Positions 49,780 to 59,513 are shown, counted from the first letter of the stretch. The stretch: 64,000 nt of DNA from an uncultured Planctomycetota bacterium (GCA_963841915.1 CAWJEN010000001.1:32001-96000); one strand, 5' to 3'. Numbers and translations: made by a program. Notes: generated by a model not told the origin, from the letters alone.

Positions 49780-50388
49780 CTACGTCGCCTCACCAAGCCG
49801 CTGCACAAGCTCGACCGCCCTTGCGAGCATCGCGTCGGCTTCGGCCACGTCGGGTGAGTCGGCCGGTGCGTTGGCGAGAACGTTGTATCTGCCGCAACGC
49901 ACAGCGGCGACGGCAAGGTCGCCGCAGCAGAGCAGGTCGCCCTTGAGCCACGGGTTCGAGATCGCCGCGACGTCCGTCGCGGCGGCGAGCACCTTCAGCG
50001 CAGCCGCCATCGTCGCGAGCGGCACCGCAATGCTCGCCGCCGTCGCTTGCTCCAGCGTCTCCGACTTCGCCGCGTCGTCGTCTGCCAAACCCTTCGCTGC
50101 TCGCCAACCGGCGTAGGCGAGTTGATCCTCCACGCACAGCCGCAGCAACATCGGCCGCGTCTCGCCCAGCCGCTGAAGCGCCGCCTTCAGCTTGTCGTCC
50201 TGCTCCGCTTCGTTGCCCTTGCGACCGACACTGAACCGCAGCGCCATCTCACCGACGGCACAGCCTAGCGCACCGGCCAAGGCTGCCACACTGCCCCCGC
50301 CGGGAGTCGGCGTCCGGTCGGCGAGCCGGTCGAGCCAGTCGTTGATCGACACGTTTGTCCCGACCGAGTTGGTGGCCTGGCCTGACAT
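49780..50388 (-). CDS. Formiminotetrahydrofolate cyclodeaminase-family protein
   Basis: LADRTPTPGGGSVAALAGALG and the NPWLKGD..AVAA..YNVLAN pattern. Confidence 0.88.
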   Translation of the reverse strand: MSGQATNSVGTNVSINDWLDRLADRTPTPGGGSVAALAGALGCAVGEMALRFSVGRKGNEAEQDDKLKAALQRLGETRPMLLRLCVEDQLAYAGWRAAKGLADDDAAKSETLEQATAASIAVPLATMAAALKVLAAATDVAAISNPWLKGDLLCCGDLAVAAVRCGRYNVLANAPADSPDVAEADAMLARAVELVQRLGEAT

Positions 50389-50448
50389 GCGGCGAGCGTA
50401 CGGCCCCGTACCTGGTTCGGCATTGCGTTCGTTAGCACGTGGGCCTGT

Positions 50449-50967
50449 TCAGCCCGCGTCGGCGGCTGAGTCTTCGGCCTCGGCGAGATAATTCATCGCC
50501 CGCTCCAGCTCGCCCTTGAGGTGGCGAACGCGGAGCAAGCTCCGCACGCGGGTCAGCAGCTCGAATTTGTTGACCGGCTTGCTGACGAAGTCGTCGGTGC
50601 CGCACTCTGCCGCCCGCTCGACATCGCCGAGTTCGTTCAGTGCCGTCACGACCAGGATCTGCACGTCTCGCGTCGCCGGGTCGCTTTTAACCTCGCGACA
50701 CACCTGGAACCCGCTCATGCGCGGCATCATGATGTCGAGCAGAATCAGGTCGGGCACCGACGCCCGCACCCGCTCCAACGCCTCGATGCCGTCGCGGGCA
50801 ACGTCGACTTTGACGGGCAGCTCCTCCAGGTATGCCTGCATGAGCTCGACGTTCTGCTCGTTGTCGTCGACGATGAGGATCGTCGAGTCGGGCAGAAACG
50901 ACTCGTGGCGGTCGACCGGGCCGCCCTGCAGGGCCTCGGATGTCGTGGCGTCGGGCGTGCTGGTCAT
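50449..50967 (-). CDS. Single-domain response regulator
   Basis: ILIVDDN, PDLILLDIMMPRMSGF and DDFVSKP. Confidence 0.93.
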   Translation of the reverse strand: MTSTPDATTSEALQGGPVDRHESFLPDSTILIVDDNEQNVELMQAYLEELPVKVDVARDGIEALERVRASVPDLILLDIMMPRMSGFQVCREVKSDPATRDVQILVVTALNELGDVERAAECGTDDFVSKPVNKFELLTRVRSLLRVRHLKGELERAMNYLAEAEDSAADAG

Positions 50968-51695
50968 AAGGCAAGTTGGCTGGTGACGCCTACCGGGAGT
51001 GCCCGCAGAAGCCGTTGGTACAGGCTCTGTGCGGTCGGCTCGGGATCGACGGCAAGCGTCTGCAGCAGTCTAGCGAGATCGTCCGGGCGGTCCACGTCCC
51101 AGAACGTCGGCAGATCGACCAGCGGACGACCCGCCTGCACCGCCCTGGCCCGCACCTGACCCAGCTCGCGACCGCTCGACCAGTCGATGCCGCTCGTTAT
51201 TGCGCCGACGTCGGAGTCGGGCGTGACGCCGAGGCACCAGAAGCCGCCATCCTCGCATGGGCCGATGCAGTCGCGACCAGCGGCCAGATGTCGCAGAGCC
51301 TCGTCGATGTGACGCGCCGGCAGGTGCGGAGAGTCGACGCCGAAATAGCACAGATTTGCCTTTTTGCCCGTCCCGCGGATGACCGAAGCGGCACCGGCCA
51401 GGCGGTCGCCAAGGTCGCCCTCAACCTGGGGCACGAAGGACAGGTTGCCTTGGAAATGGCTCAATTCCGGCTGTGACGATGCCCACGCCTCGGCCTCGCC
51501 CATCGCCCCGCCGGTGTGGCACCAGACGACGGCATCGAAATTTGCACTGGCCGATAACCGGGCGAGAAGGGTCGACAGGAACGCCGCTTGCACACGTGCT
51601 GCGTCCTCGGTCCTCAACGGAGGGACGAGCCGAGTCTTGACCCGGCCCGGCACGGGGAGTTTGGCCATGATGACTGCTACTTGCTGCGTCGACAT
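50964..51695 (-). CDS. DUF2064 / TIGR04282-type nucleotidyl- or glycosyltransferase-like protein
   Basis: MAKLPVPGRVKTRL, GDLGDRL, GVDSPHL, IGPCEDGGFW and WDVDRPDDL. Confidence 0.88.
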   Translation of the reverse strand: MSTQQVAVIMAKLPVPGRVKTRLVPPLRTEDAARVQAAFLSTLLARLSASANFDAVVWCHTGGAMGEAEAWASSQPELSHFQGNLSFVPQVEGDLGDRLAGAASVIRGTGKKANLCYFGVDSPHLPARHIDEALRHLAAGRDCIGPCEDGGFWCLGVTPDSDVGAITSGIDWSSGRELGQVRARAVQAGRPLVDLPTFWDVDRPDDLARLLQTLAVDPEPTAQSLYQRLLRALPVGVTSQLAL

Positions 51696-51761
51696 GTGAA
51701 GACGCTAGACCCGCGTCGCGACGCCACCTCGCCGTGAAGACCGCCACTACGAAGGAGTCTA

Positions 51762-51995
51762 ATGCCCAGCGCCCTGCCTGCAACGACCTCATCAGACCAG
51801 TCCGGCGTCGACGCCGGCACGTCGAAGGCATTCGGGGCGCTGCAGGAGGAGCACGAGCTATTCCGACGCCGGCTTGCGGAAATCGCCAAGGTCATCGGGT
51901 GCGACACGTTCGACCGCGTTGTGCACGACGTTCGGAACGTGGTCAACGAACGCAACCTGCTTCGCCGGGTAGCGGAGATGGAAGGCCACGATTGA
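51762..51995 (+). CDS. Small hypothetical protein
   Basis: RBS AAGGAG. 77 aa, helical DRVVHDVRNVVNERNLLR. Confidence 0.7.
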   Translation: MPSALPATTSSDQSGVDAGTSKAFGALQEEHELFRRRLAEIAKVIGCDTFDRVVHDVRNVVNERNLLRRVAEMEGHD

Positions 51996-52143
51996 GATCG
52001 GCCTGACGGCTGTGATCGTCGCAGGTTGGCCCGTCGTGCACGACGCATCGTTGTGAGCGTCGAACAGATTGCGTATCTGTCGCAAAATCCTCGAGCCGCG
52101 GTCCCACCCCGACCCGTCGACAGCATCATCAGCAGCCGATCCC

Positions 52144-53214
52144 TTACGCCAGCAGGTCCAGCAGCACCCGCTCTGCCTTCTCGCCGCGCTGCGTGTATGT
52201 GTGATGCTGCTCGACCTGGCTCCTGGCAGCGTCGCCAATGATCGTCGCACGTTCGGCCGTAAGGCCTTGGAGATGATCCGCTACGGCTCGGCCGTCGGCG
52301 GCGACAAGCACTTCGCTACCCGGCTCCAGAAAATCGTCAATGCCACGCCATTCATCCGTGATCAAGCACGCCCCTGCGGCGGCGGCTTCAAACACGCGCG
52401 TCGCCGGTGACCAGCCGTACCGGGCCATGCTCTCGCGGTTCACGTTGAGCACCGCAAGCGGCGTGCAGTTGAACGCGTTGTGGTCCGTCGTCGCCACGTG
52501 CCCGATCGCCCGCACATTCGCTGGTAGATCGGCATCGTCCCAACCGCTGCCGCCGAGCATGAACGTCTTGTCCGGCAACAACCTCGCCGCGTCGAGGAAG
52601 AACGTGCCGATCCGTTCTTCGCGGTCGGGTAATCGATTGGCCAACAGGGCCAGGTCGCACGCGAACCGCTCGTCAGGCGGCACCGCGTGGTGCGTCTGCA
52701 GGTCGGCGGCGTTGTAGATCGGCTCGCAGCGACGGGCACCCAGCTTCGCGTACGCCTCGACGACGGGAGGGCCGCCGCCGTAGGTCAGGATCGCGTCGTA
52801 CTGCGGCACAAGCTGTCGAAACGGGTCGTGCAGGTCGCTGTTGGTCCGGTCGAGCGTGGCAGGGGCGTCGACATCCCAGAAGACGATGGCGTTGCCGTCC
52901 CGCTTACGTTCGACGACGGCCGCTTCGAGCTCTACGTCGAAGACACCGACGCCGCTGGCTTTGACGATGATGTCGGCCTCCTTGGCCGCGTCAATCGCGC
53001 CGCGCCAGCCATCGTCGCTGTTGGCGTAGACGACGCTGGTCGCATAGGGCGGATCGGGATGGTCGATGTGCTGCTGGCGGTCGTAGGCGTCGGGCTCGTA
53101 GAACGTGACGCTGTGTCCACGATCAGCCAAAGCCCGCAAGATGCCGCGATAATACGTGGCGGCACCATTCCAATAGGCACTGACGAGCGACGACCCGAAG
53201 AACGCGATGCGCAT
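52144..53214 (-). CDS. CgeB-family glycosyltransferase
   Basis: MRIAFFGSSLVSAYWNGAATYYRG, FWDVDAPATL, ANRLPDRE and SPATRVFEAA. Confidence 0.9.
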   Translation of the reverse strand: MRIAFFGSSLVSAYWNGAATYYRGILRALADRGHSVTFYEPDAYDRQQHIDHPDPPYATSVVYANSDDGWRGAIDAAKEADIIVKASGVGVFDVELEAAVVERKRDGNAIVFWDVDAPATLDRTNSDLHDPFRQLVPQYDAILTYGGGPPVVEAYAKLGARRCEPIYNAADLQTHHAVPPDERFACDLALLANRLPDREERIGTFFLDAARLLPDKTFMLGGSGWDDADLPANVRAIGHVATTDHNAFNCTPLAVLNVNRESMARYGWSPATRVFEAAAAGACLITDEWRGIDDFLEPGSEVLVAADGRAVADHLQGLTAERATIIGDAARSQVEQHHTYTQRGEKAERVLLDLLA

Positions 53215-53272
53215 GCCGCAATCATGGCATCGCGATGCTTGGCTGTCACCTGAGACAACTGCGTACCCGTTG

Positions 53273-54076
53273 CTATGTGATTTTGCCCAGCATGTCGAGG
53301 AGGACGGCGGCGTCCTGACGGCACTGCTCGATGTCGTCGTCGCGGACAAACTCGAGCATGGCAAATCGCTCGAGAAGGTCATCCTGCCGCGGTGCATCGG
53401 ACGCCTTCTGGAGGAACACCTGCCAGTCGTTTCGGCCGTCTTGGAGTGGTCTGCGGTCGCGACCGTCTGGCTCTTCGAGCCAGTTGAACACATGCACGTG
53501 GGCGAGTCGCGGTCGGACAACATCGAGCTCGGCCAACCGCGTCGCGTGCGGACGGCCGTTGCTGGGTTGCCAATAGCTCAGCAGGTCCGGCACGTTGTCG
53601 AGCAACCAGCCGCCACGCGAGGCGTCGGCGGTCATCGTGCCCTCGTGCCATTCGCAGGCGACGCGAATGTCTGCCGTTCTGGCCACGTCGATGACGCGCA
53701 GCAGGTCGTCCGCCACAAGCTCCGCGTACGCGTCGCCGGCGTCAGCCTCCTGCCGCCCAGGCCAAACGCGAATGACGGGGGCGGCCAACGCGACGGCAGA
53801 ATCGAGCACCGCTTCGAACGTCGGCACGTCCTTTTGACCCGCGTGCCCCGCCCGGTAGTACGAGCCATAGGCGGCAACGCTGAGACCATGATCGGCGGTG
53901 ACTTGCCTCGCGTGCCCGGCCGCAGCGACATCGCCGGCCGGCACGTGGATGTCCCCGCCCCATTCGATTCCGACGAGCCCGCAGTCGGCCGCGAGTTGTG
54001 CAACGGCCTCGACATCAAGCTTGCGGAAAGTGACGGAAACAAGGCCAGGCTGAAGCGTCATGTGGGCGTGGTTCAT
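53273..54076 (-). CDS. Sugar phosphate isomerase/epimerase (xylose-isomerase-like TIM barrel)
   Basis: GLVSVTFRKL, IEWGGDIHVP, AYGSYYR, IRVW, SYWQP and HVHVFNW. Confidence 0.88.
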   Translation of the reverse strand: MNHAHMTLQPGLVSVTFRKLDVEAVAQLAADCGLVGIEWGGDIHVPAGDVAAAGHARQVTADHGLSVAAYGSYYRAGHAGQKDVPTFEAVLDSAVALAAPVIRVWPGRQEADAGDAYAELVADDLLRVIDVARTADIRVACEWHEGTMTADASRGGWLLDNVPDLLSYWQPSNGRPHATRLAELDVVRPRLAHVHVFNWLEEPDGRDRRPLQDGRNDWQVFLQKASDAPRQDDLLERFAMLEFVRDDDIEQCRQDAAVLLDMLGKIT

Positions 54077-54254
54077 GACAGCGTCTTGAAACAGAAGCAC
54101 CACCGCGGCCGGCCCCTGTCGTTTCGACCGTAGCCGATGCCGTCGCCGCACCATCGAGAGTGCGAACGAGCGCCGACCGACCGACCACGCTTAACCAGAA
54201 CCGGATTAATTGCGATGGCAGAAGGGCCGACGTGTGGCTACCGTGCCCCTCGCC

Positions 54255-54336
54255 GCGGGCGTGGCGGAATTGGCAGACGCGCTAGATTTAGGTTCTAGTT
54301 CCGAGAGGAGTGCAGGTTCGATTCCTGTCGCCCGCA
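54255..54336 (+). tRNA. trnL: tRNA-Leu (anticodon TAG)
   Basis: Acceptor GCGGGCG/CGCCCGC-A, D-loop GGAATTGGCAGAC, anticodon arm CTAGA-TTTAGGT-TCTAG, long variable arm, T-loop GGTTCGATTCC. CCA not encoded. Confidence 0.97.
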
Positions 54337-54342
54337 AAACAA

Positions 54343-54378
54343 GCTGCCCGGACGCCAAAGCGTCCGGGCGGCGTTTTT
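54343..54378 (+). terminator. Rho-independent terminator after the tRNA
   Basis: GCTGCCCGGACGC-CAAA-GCGTCCGGGCGGC then GTTTTT. An A-run on the left suggests bidirectional use. Confidence 0.8.
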
Positions 54379-54394
54379 GTCTGAAGAAGACACA

Positions 54395-54991
54395 TCAGCG
54401 ACGACGACGCAGGCTCGCCAGACCAACGAGCCCGAAGATAGCCGCCGAGCTGGGCTCGGGAACAAGATCGAAGGTGAGGTTGTCGATGCTGAAGTTGTCG
54501 AAGCTGCCCGGTCCGAAGGTGATCTCGGTGAACGGATTGGCACTCGTGATGCCGAGGAAGCCTGTGGAGACAAGGCCGATCTGCGAGATCGAGTTCGTCA
54601 TGCCGTCGACGGTGACAATCGTGTCGCCCGAGATTCCGTTCGGCACGCCATAGTCGGCACCGAAAGCGGTTACGGGCGAATCGAAGGTCAGCGTGTAGCT
54701 GGGGGCGTTGTTGTTGTCGAGGAAGATGTTGAGGATTTGGTTCGTCACGTTGAGGTCGCCGGAGATCGAGCTGACGTCCGAAGCGGTGACCGTGAAGAAG
54801 CCAAAATCGACGCCGGCTGCCGCTTCGGCACCGGAGTAGGAGGTGTCGGGGAAGCCATCGAAACCGTATTCGAACGGATTGCTCAGGCCGGCGTCGAACG
54901 TCGCTTCGTTGAACTCGAACGAAAGCTGCCCGAGGGCAGGAGCGGTCGCAGCGGCGGCAGCGACAAGGACGATGGTGGGGATGATCTTCAT
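54395..54991 (-). CDS. PEP-CTERM sorting-domain protein
   Basis: Signal peptide MKIIPTIVLVAAAAATAPALG and tail VPEPSSAAIFGLVGLASLRRRR. Confidence 0.92.
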   Translation of the reverse strand: MKIIPTIVLVAAAAATAPALGQLSFEFNEATFDAGLSNPFEYGFDGFPDTSYSGAEAAAGVDFGFFTVTASDVSSISGDLNVTNQILNIFLDNNNAPSYTLTFDSPVTAFGADYGVPNGISGDTIVTVDGMTNSISQIGLVSTGFLGITSANPFTEITFGPGSFDNFSIDNLTFDLVPEPSSAAIFGLVGLASLRRRR

Positions 54992-55212
54992 TCTTTCTCT
55001 CCAATGGTTTGAATCAGGGGCAGACCGAAGCTCCAACGTCTCGAACTGCGCACAGGTCGTATCAGCCAGAACGGCCGTGTCGCATCCAGTTGCATGTGCT
55101 CTCTGTCCCTCGTTTGCAACGGTGGTGACGTCGCATCAACAGCTGACAAGAAAAACGTACTGAATCTGTCTGAAGCTGCAAGTGCAACTGCTCAAATATT
55201 TCGGCGTGCCGT

Positions 55213-56805
55213 TCACTGGCCTGGTTGGAGCAGGCTCACGCCGGTCATCTCCTGCGGCTTTTCGAGGCCCATCAGCTCCAGCAGTGTCGGAGCTACATCA
55301 GCCAGGCGGCCGCTTTCGCGGAGCGTCTTTTCCTTGTGTTTGTCACTGACAACCACGAGCTCAACGAGGAACAGCGTGTGGGCCGTGTGCGGCGGGCCGC
55401 CGGTCGTTTCGTCGACCGTCATCTGCTCCGCGTTGCCGTGGTCGGCCGTCACGATCGCGCTGCCACCGACGCGCTGAACCGCTTCGAGAATCGCCCCGAC
55501 GCCGTGATCGACGGCCTCGCACGCTTTGACGGCTGCGTCGAAGTTCCCCGTGTGCCCGACCATGTCGCCGTTTGCGAAGTTGACGACAACAAGGTCGTAC
55601 GCGCGGCTGGCGATGCGCTTGACGGTCTCTGCCGTCACGCCTGCCGACGACATCTCCGGCTTCTGGTCGTACGTCGTCACGTCTTTGGGCGATGGAATGA
55701 TCTGCCGATCCTCACCCTCGAATGGCTCATCGCGATAGTCGTTGAAAAAAAACGTGACGTGCGGGTACTTTTCGGTCTCGGCACATCGGAACTGCCGCAT
55801 GCCCTGGCGGCTGACGTAGTCGCCGAGCGTGTTGGCCATCTTGCCCTGCTTCGGGAACGCCACGTGCACCGGTAGGCCGGTTTCGTACGCGGTCATGGTC
55901 GTAAAGTGCAGGTCGAGCTTCTTGCCGCGGTCGAAGCCGTCGAAGCCGTCGAGCACGAATGCTCTGGTTAACTCACGCGGCCGATCGCCGCGATAATTGT
56001 AAAAGATGACGCTGTCGCCGCTTTCGACGCGACTGTTGCGCCAGTCGCCCACGGTCCGCGGCGTGACGAACTCGTCCCCCTTGCGATTCGGATCATCGTT
56101 GTTCTCGTAGAAGTCCCGAACCGCCGACGATGCGTCGTGGAAGTTCGGCACGTCGCTCCGGCCGGTCAGCAGGTCGTAGACCTCCTGCACCCGCTCCCAG
56201 CGGTTGTCGCGATCCATGGCGTAGTACCGCCCGACGAGGCTGGCGATCGAGCCGACGCCAATCTCGTCGCACTTCGCCGCGACCTCGCTCACGTACTGCT
56301 GGCCCGTCGTGGGCGGCGTGTCGCGGCCGTCGGTGAACGCGTGAATAAACACCTTCTCGACGCCCTGCTGCTTGGCAAGCTCCAGGACGCCGTACAGGTG
56401 CTCGAGCAAGCCGTGCACACCCGCATCGCTGACGATGCCGAAGAGGTGAAGCTTCGTCCCCTTCTCCTTGGCATGGCGGCACGCGACGACCAGCTCTTTG
56501 TTCTCGGCCAGCTTGCCGGCACGGACAGCCCGGGTGATGCGGACACTTTCCTGATCCACGATCCGGCCCGCGCCGATGTTCTGGTGACCGACCTCGCTGT
56601 TACCCATCGTGCCCTCGGGCAGGCCCACGTCCATCGAGTCGGTTCTGATGAGCGTCCGCGGGTACTCGGCTGCGATGCGGTCGGCCACAGGCGTGTTGGC
56701 CGATTCCACGGCATCAACGCCCGCCGGCGGGTGGTCGGGGTTGTGACCCCATCCGTCGCGGATGATGAGGACGACCGGACGCTTGTTCTCTGGTTGGCTG
56801 CTCAC
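55213..56805 (-). CDS. gpmI: 2,3-bisphosphoglycerate-independent phosphoglycerate mutase
   Basis: VLIIRDGWG, MGNSEVGH, GRYYAMDRDNRW, AETEKYPHVTFF, NGDMVGHTG and TADHGNAE. GTG start inferred. Confidence 0.96.
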   Translation of the reverse strand: MSSQPENKRPVVLIIRDGWGHNPDHPPAGVDAVESANTPVADRIAAEYPRTLIRTDSMDVGLPEGTMGNSEVGHQNIGAGRIVDQESVRITRAVRAGKLAENKELVVACRHAKEKGTKLHLFGIVSDAGVHGLLEHLYGVLELAKQQGVEKVFIHAFTDGRDTPPTTGQQYVSEVAAKCDEIGVGSIASLVGRYYAMDRDNRWERVQEVYDLLTGRSDVPNFHDASSAVRDFYENNDDPNRKGDEFVTPRTVGDWRNSRVESGDSVIFYNYRGDRPRELTRAFVLDGFDGFDRGKKLDLHFTTMTAYETGLPVHVAFPKQGKMANTLGDYVSRQGMRQFRCAETEKYPHVTFFFNDYRDEPFEGEDRQIIPSPKDVTTYDQKPEMSSAGVTAETVKRIASRAYDLVVVNFANGDMVGHTGNFDAAVKACEAVDHGVGAILEAVQRVGGSAIVTADHGNAEQMTVDETTGGPPHTAHTLFLVELVVVSDKHKEKTLRESGRLADVAPTLLELMGLEKPQEMTGVSLLQPGQ

Positions 56806-56868
56806 GTCCGCTAATGTAGTAAGCCGGCGAACGCCGACGTCACTCAAGCACCCTCGGCCCGTAGGAAA

Positions 56869-57825
56869 ATGCCCATGCCAGCCACGCACACGATCGCACT
56901 CATGAACCAGAAGGGTGGCGTCGGTAAGACGACCACCTGCGCCAACCTCGGTGCCGCCCTGGCCGATCGTGGCAAACGAGTCCTCGTGGCCGACCTGGAC
57001 CCGCAGGCTCACCTCTCGATCAACTTCGGTGTCGATCCGGCCCAATTGCCCGACGACGAGGCGACCCTCTACGAAGTGCTCAGCGGCGAAGCCGGTGTGC
57101 TTAAGGCCGTCCGGCGACTCGCGGGCAACGGCCTCGAGAACATTTCCGGCGAGATTCACCTTTTGCCCAGCAGCCTCGACCTGGCCGGGCTGGAGGTCGA
57201 ACTTGCCGATCAGCAGGATCGCCAGGGACTGCTCCGCAACGCCATCGCCAACGTCGGTTACGACTACGACGTGGTCTTGCTCGACTGCCCGCCGTCGTTG
57301 GGTTTGCTGACCATCAACGCCCTGGCCGCGGCGCAGCATGTTCTGATCCCGATGCAGGCGCACTTCCTGGCGCTGCAGGGCTTTGCCAAGCTGCTCGAAA
57401 CGACGCAGCTCGTCGGCCGCCGGATCAATCCCGACCTCAGCGTGCTGGGCGTCGTGCTGACCATGTTCGACAGCCAGACGCGTCTGGCGACCGATGTGGC
57501 CAATGAGCTGGAGGGCTTCTTCGAAAGTGCCCGCGGGACGGACAAGCCGTGGGCCGAGGGTCACTTGTTCGAGACGCGAATCCGCCGCAACATCAAGCTG
57601 GCTGAGGCGCCGAGCTTTGGCCAGCCGATCCTGACGTACGACCCGCTGAGCAACGGTTCTGCCGACTACGCCGCACTGGCCGAGGAAGTTGCAGGCAGGC
57701 TCGACGGCATAGCCGACGGTGAGCCGTCGGCCACGATTGGCCGCACCGACACGCAACGCCTGCGGGCGAGCGGCGTTTCGGGCAACGTCTTGCCCGAGGT
57801 CCGCCGCGAGGCCGCCGTCGCGTGA
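56869..57825 (+). CDS. parA: ParA/Soj-family ATPase
   Basis: NQKGGVGKTTT, DLDPQAH, DCPPSLGLLTINAL and IRRNIKLAEAPSFG. No adjacent parB. Confidence 0.9.
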   Translation: MPMPATHTIALMNQKGGVGKTTTCANLGAALADRGKRVLVADLDPQAHLSINFGVDPAQLPDDEATLYEVLSGEAGVLKAVRRLAGNGLENISGEIHLLPSSLDLAGLEVELADQQDRQGLLRNAIANVGYDYDVVLLDCPPSLGLLTINALAAAQHVLIPMQAHFLALQGFAKLLETTQLVGRRINPDLSVLGVVLTMFDSQTRLATDVANELEGFFESARGTDKPWAEGHLFETRIRRNIKLAEAPSFGQPILTYDPLSNGSADYAALAEEVAGRLDGIADGEPSATIGRTDTQRLRASGVSGNVLPEVRREAAVA

Positions 57826-58205
57826 GCATGTTCCGCCGACTGCTGCGTCGACCCGGCGTCTTGCTGGCGGTCTATTGGCCGCTGGCGTTCGTGGTCACGC
57901 ACATCCCACCGCTGTTCAAGCGGGACAAGGAAGAGCGCCTCGACCTGCCGATCGGGCCGGACAAAGTGGTCCACTTCGGCGGTTTTTTTGTCCTCGCGTG
58001 GCTGCTGGCAACGGTGCTGAGCCGCCGGTTCAGCACGCCAGCCGTCGTGAGTCTGACGGTCGCGGCCTGTGCCATGTACGGGCTGATCGACGAAGTCACG
58101 CAACCGGCCTTCGGCCGGACAGCCGACGTGTGGGATTGGGTCGCAGACATGCTCGGCTGCGGTGCAGGGCTGCTCGCTTGGCGCTTCACCTACCGCCGGA
58201 CCTGA
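57822..58205 (+). CDS. VanZ-family membrane protein
   Basis: DKVVHFGGF, YGLIDEVTQP..GRTADVWDWVAD. Confidence 0.9.
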   Translation: MSMFRRLLRRPGVLLAVYWPLAFVVTHIPPLFKRDKEERLDLPIGPDKVVHFGGFFVLAWLLATVLSRRFSTPAVVSLTVAACAMYGLIDEVTQPAFGRTADVWDWVADMLGCGAGLLAWRFTYRRT

Positions 58206-58283
58206 CAACGCGTGGCAGCGCGGACCATTATGGGACCGTGAGCGGCGGCACCCGGACCCGCGGAGCGTGGTAGGTTTCGGCTA

Positions 58284-59513
58284 ATGGGCGAGATTTTGCA
58301 TGTTCCTACTTCTCCCGTCACCGGCACCGCCGCGGGTGAGCCGTTCTTCGAGCTGTCGGGCGTACCGGTGGACGAAGGCCGACTAGCCGATTCCGCAGCG
58401 TCGGCCATGGAGCAACCGACCGGCGAGATCCGCTACGTCATCGACCCGATCAGCGGACACGTCTGGAACACTGCCTTCAACTTCGAGCACCTCCGCCTCG
58501 ACGAGGGGTACGACATCAACCTGTCGAATTCGCCCGCGTATCGGCAGTACCTGGAGCAGGAGGCCCGCGGCTTCGTCGAGCGATACGGCCTGCGTCGCGG
58601 CAGCCGAGTGCTCGAAATCGGGTGCGGCAAGGGAACGTTCCTCCGAGAGGTCTGCCGCGTCGGCGGAGCCGCGGGTGTCGGCTTCGACCCGACGTACATC
58701 CGCGATCCCAAGGCAGATGAAGGGCTTGATGTCACCTTCGTCAAGTCGCTATTCACCGAAGAGGCGGCCGCGAGCAGCGGGCAGTTCGATGCCGTCATGA
58801 TCCGGAGCGTGCTGCAGTATTTTGAGCGACCGATGAGCCTGATCAAGCTCGTCCGCCGCCTCGCCGGTGACCGCGATATGCCGGTCTACATCGAGGTGCC
58901 CAACGGCGAGCACACGTTCGCCGGCGGGTGCGTCTGGAGCGCGGTGTACGAGTACGCCAACTGGTACTCACCGACAAGCCTTGCGATGCTCTTGGCTAGC
59001 TGCGGGTTCGCGACGCGACGACTCGAGGCCACATTCGCCGAAGGGCAGAACCTTGTCGGCGAGTTCGTGCCCGGCACGCCGTTGTCTCATCACCAACATC
59101 CGCCGGCCAAGATCGTTGCCGAGCAGGTCGCCGCCGCTCACGCGTTTGCAGAGGCTTACGAGGCGACAATGGCCGAGTGGTCGGTGCGGCTCGACGGCTG
59201 GTACGCCATGGGCCGCCGCGTCGCCTTGTGGGGCTGCGGGGCACGAGCGATCACCCTGCTGAGTCGCTGCGACGCCCAGGCGACGCGAGTGCAGCATTGT
59301 GTCGACCTCAATCCCAATCGGCACAACATGTTCCTGCCGATCACGGGGCACGAAGTGAGCGAGCCGGCGTCGCTCAACACTTTCGAACCGGACGTCGTCA
59401 TCATCACCAACACCGGCTACGCCGACGAGATCGAGGCCGATCTGGCGGCGATTGGACTCGGCCACGTCGAGACGGCGGTGCTGCCGTCGGTGGCGGCGTT
59501 GCAGCCTGCCTGA
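58284..59513 (+). CDS. Class I SAM methyltransferase, NDP-sugar C-methyltransferase-like
   Basis: VLEIGCGKGTFL, YIEVPN, VALWGCGARA, VDLNPNRH..LPITG and PDVVIITN. Confidence 0.85.
   Translation: MGEILHVPTSPVTGTAAGEPFFELSGVPVDEGRLADSAASAMEQPTGEIRYVIDPISGHVWNTAFNFEHLRLDEGYDINLSNSPAYRQYLEQEARGFVERYGLRRGSRVLEIGCGKGTFLREVCRVGGAAGVGFDPTYIRDPKADEGLDVTFVKSLFTEEAAASSGQFDAVMIRSVLQYFERPMSLIKLVRRLAGDRDMPVYIEVPNGEHTFAGGCVWSAVYEYANWYSPTSLAMLLASCGFATRRLEATFAEGQNLVGEFVPGTPLSHHQHPPAKIVAEQVAAAHAFAEAYEATMAEWSVRLDGWYAMGRRVALWGCGARAITLLSRCDAQATRVQHCVDLNPNRHNMFLPITGHEVSEPASLNTFEPDVVIITNTGYADEIEADLAAIGLGHVETAVLPSVAALQPA

Noticed and set aside
50964..51695. Arsenosugar biosynthesis cluster
   Set aside because: The DUF2064 gene lacks the partner radical SAM, methyltransferase and second glycosyltransferase in its vicinity.
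56806..57756. Apparent 300-aa N-terminal extension of GpmI
   Set aside because: It is the antisense of parA. GpmI homology starts at about 56805.
57822..58205. Glycopeptide resistance
   Set aside because: VanZ-like domains are widespread and no other van genes are present.
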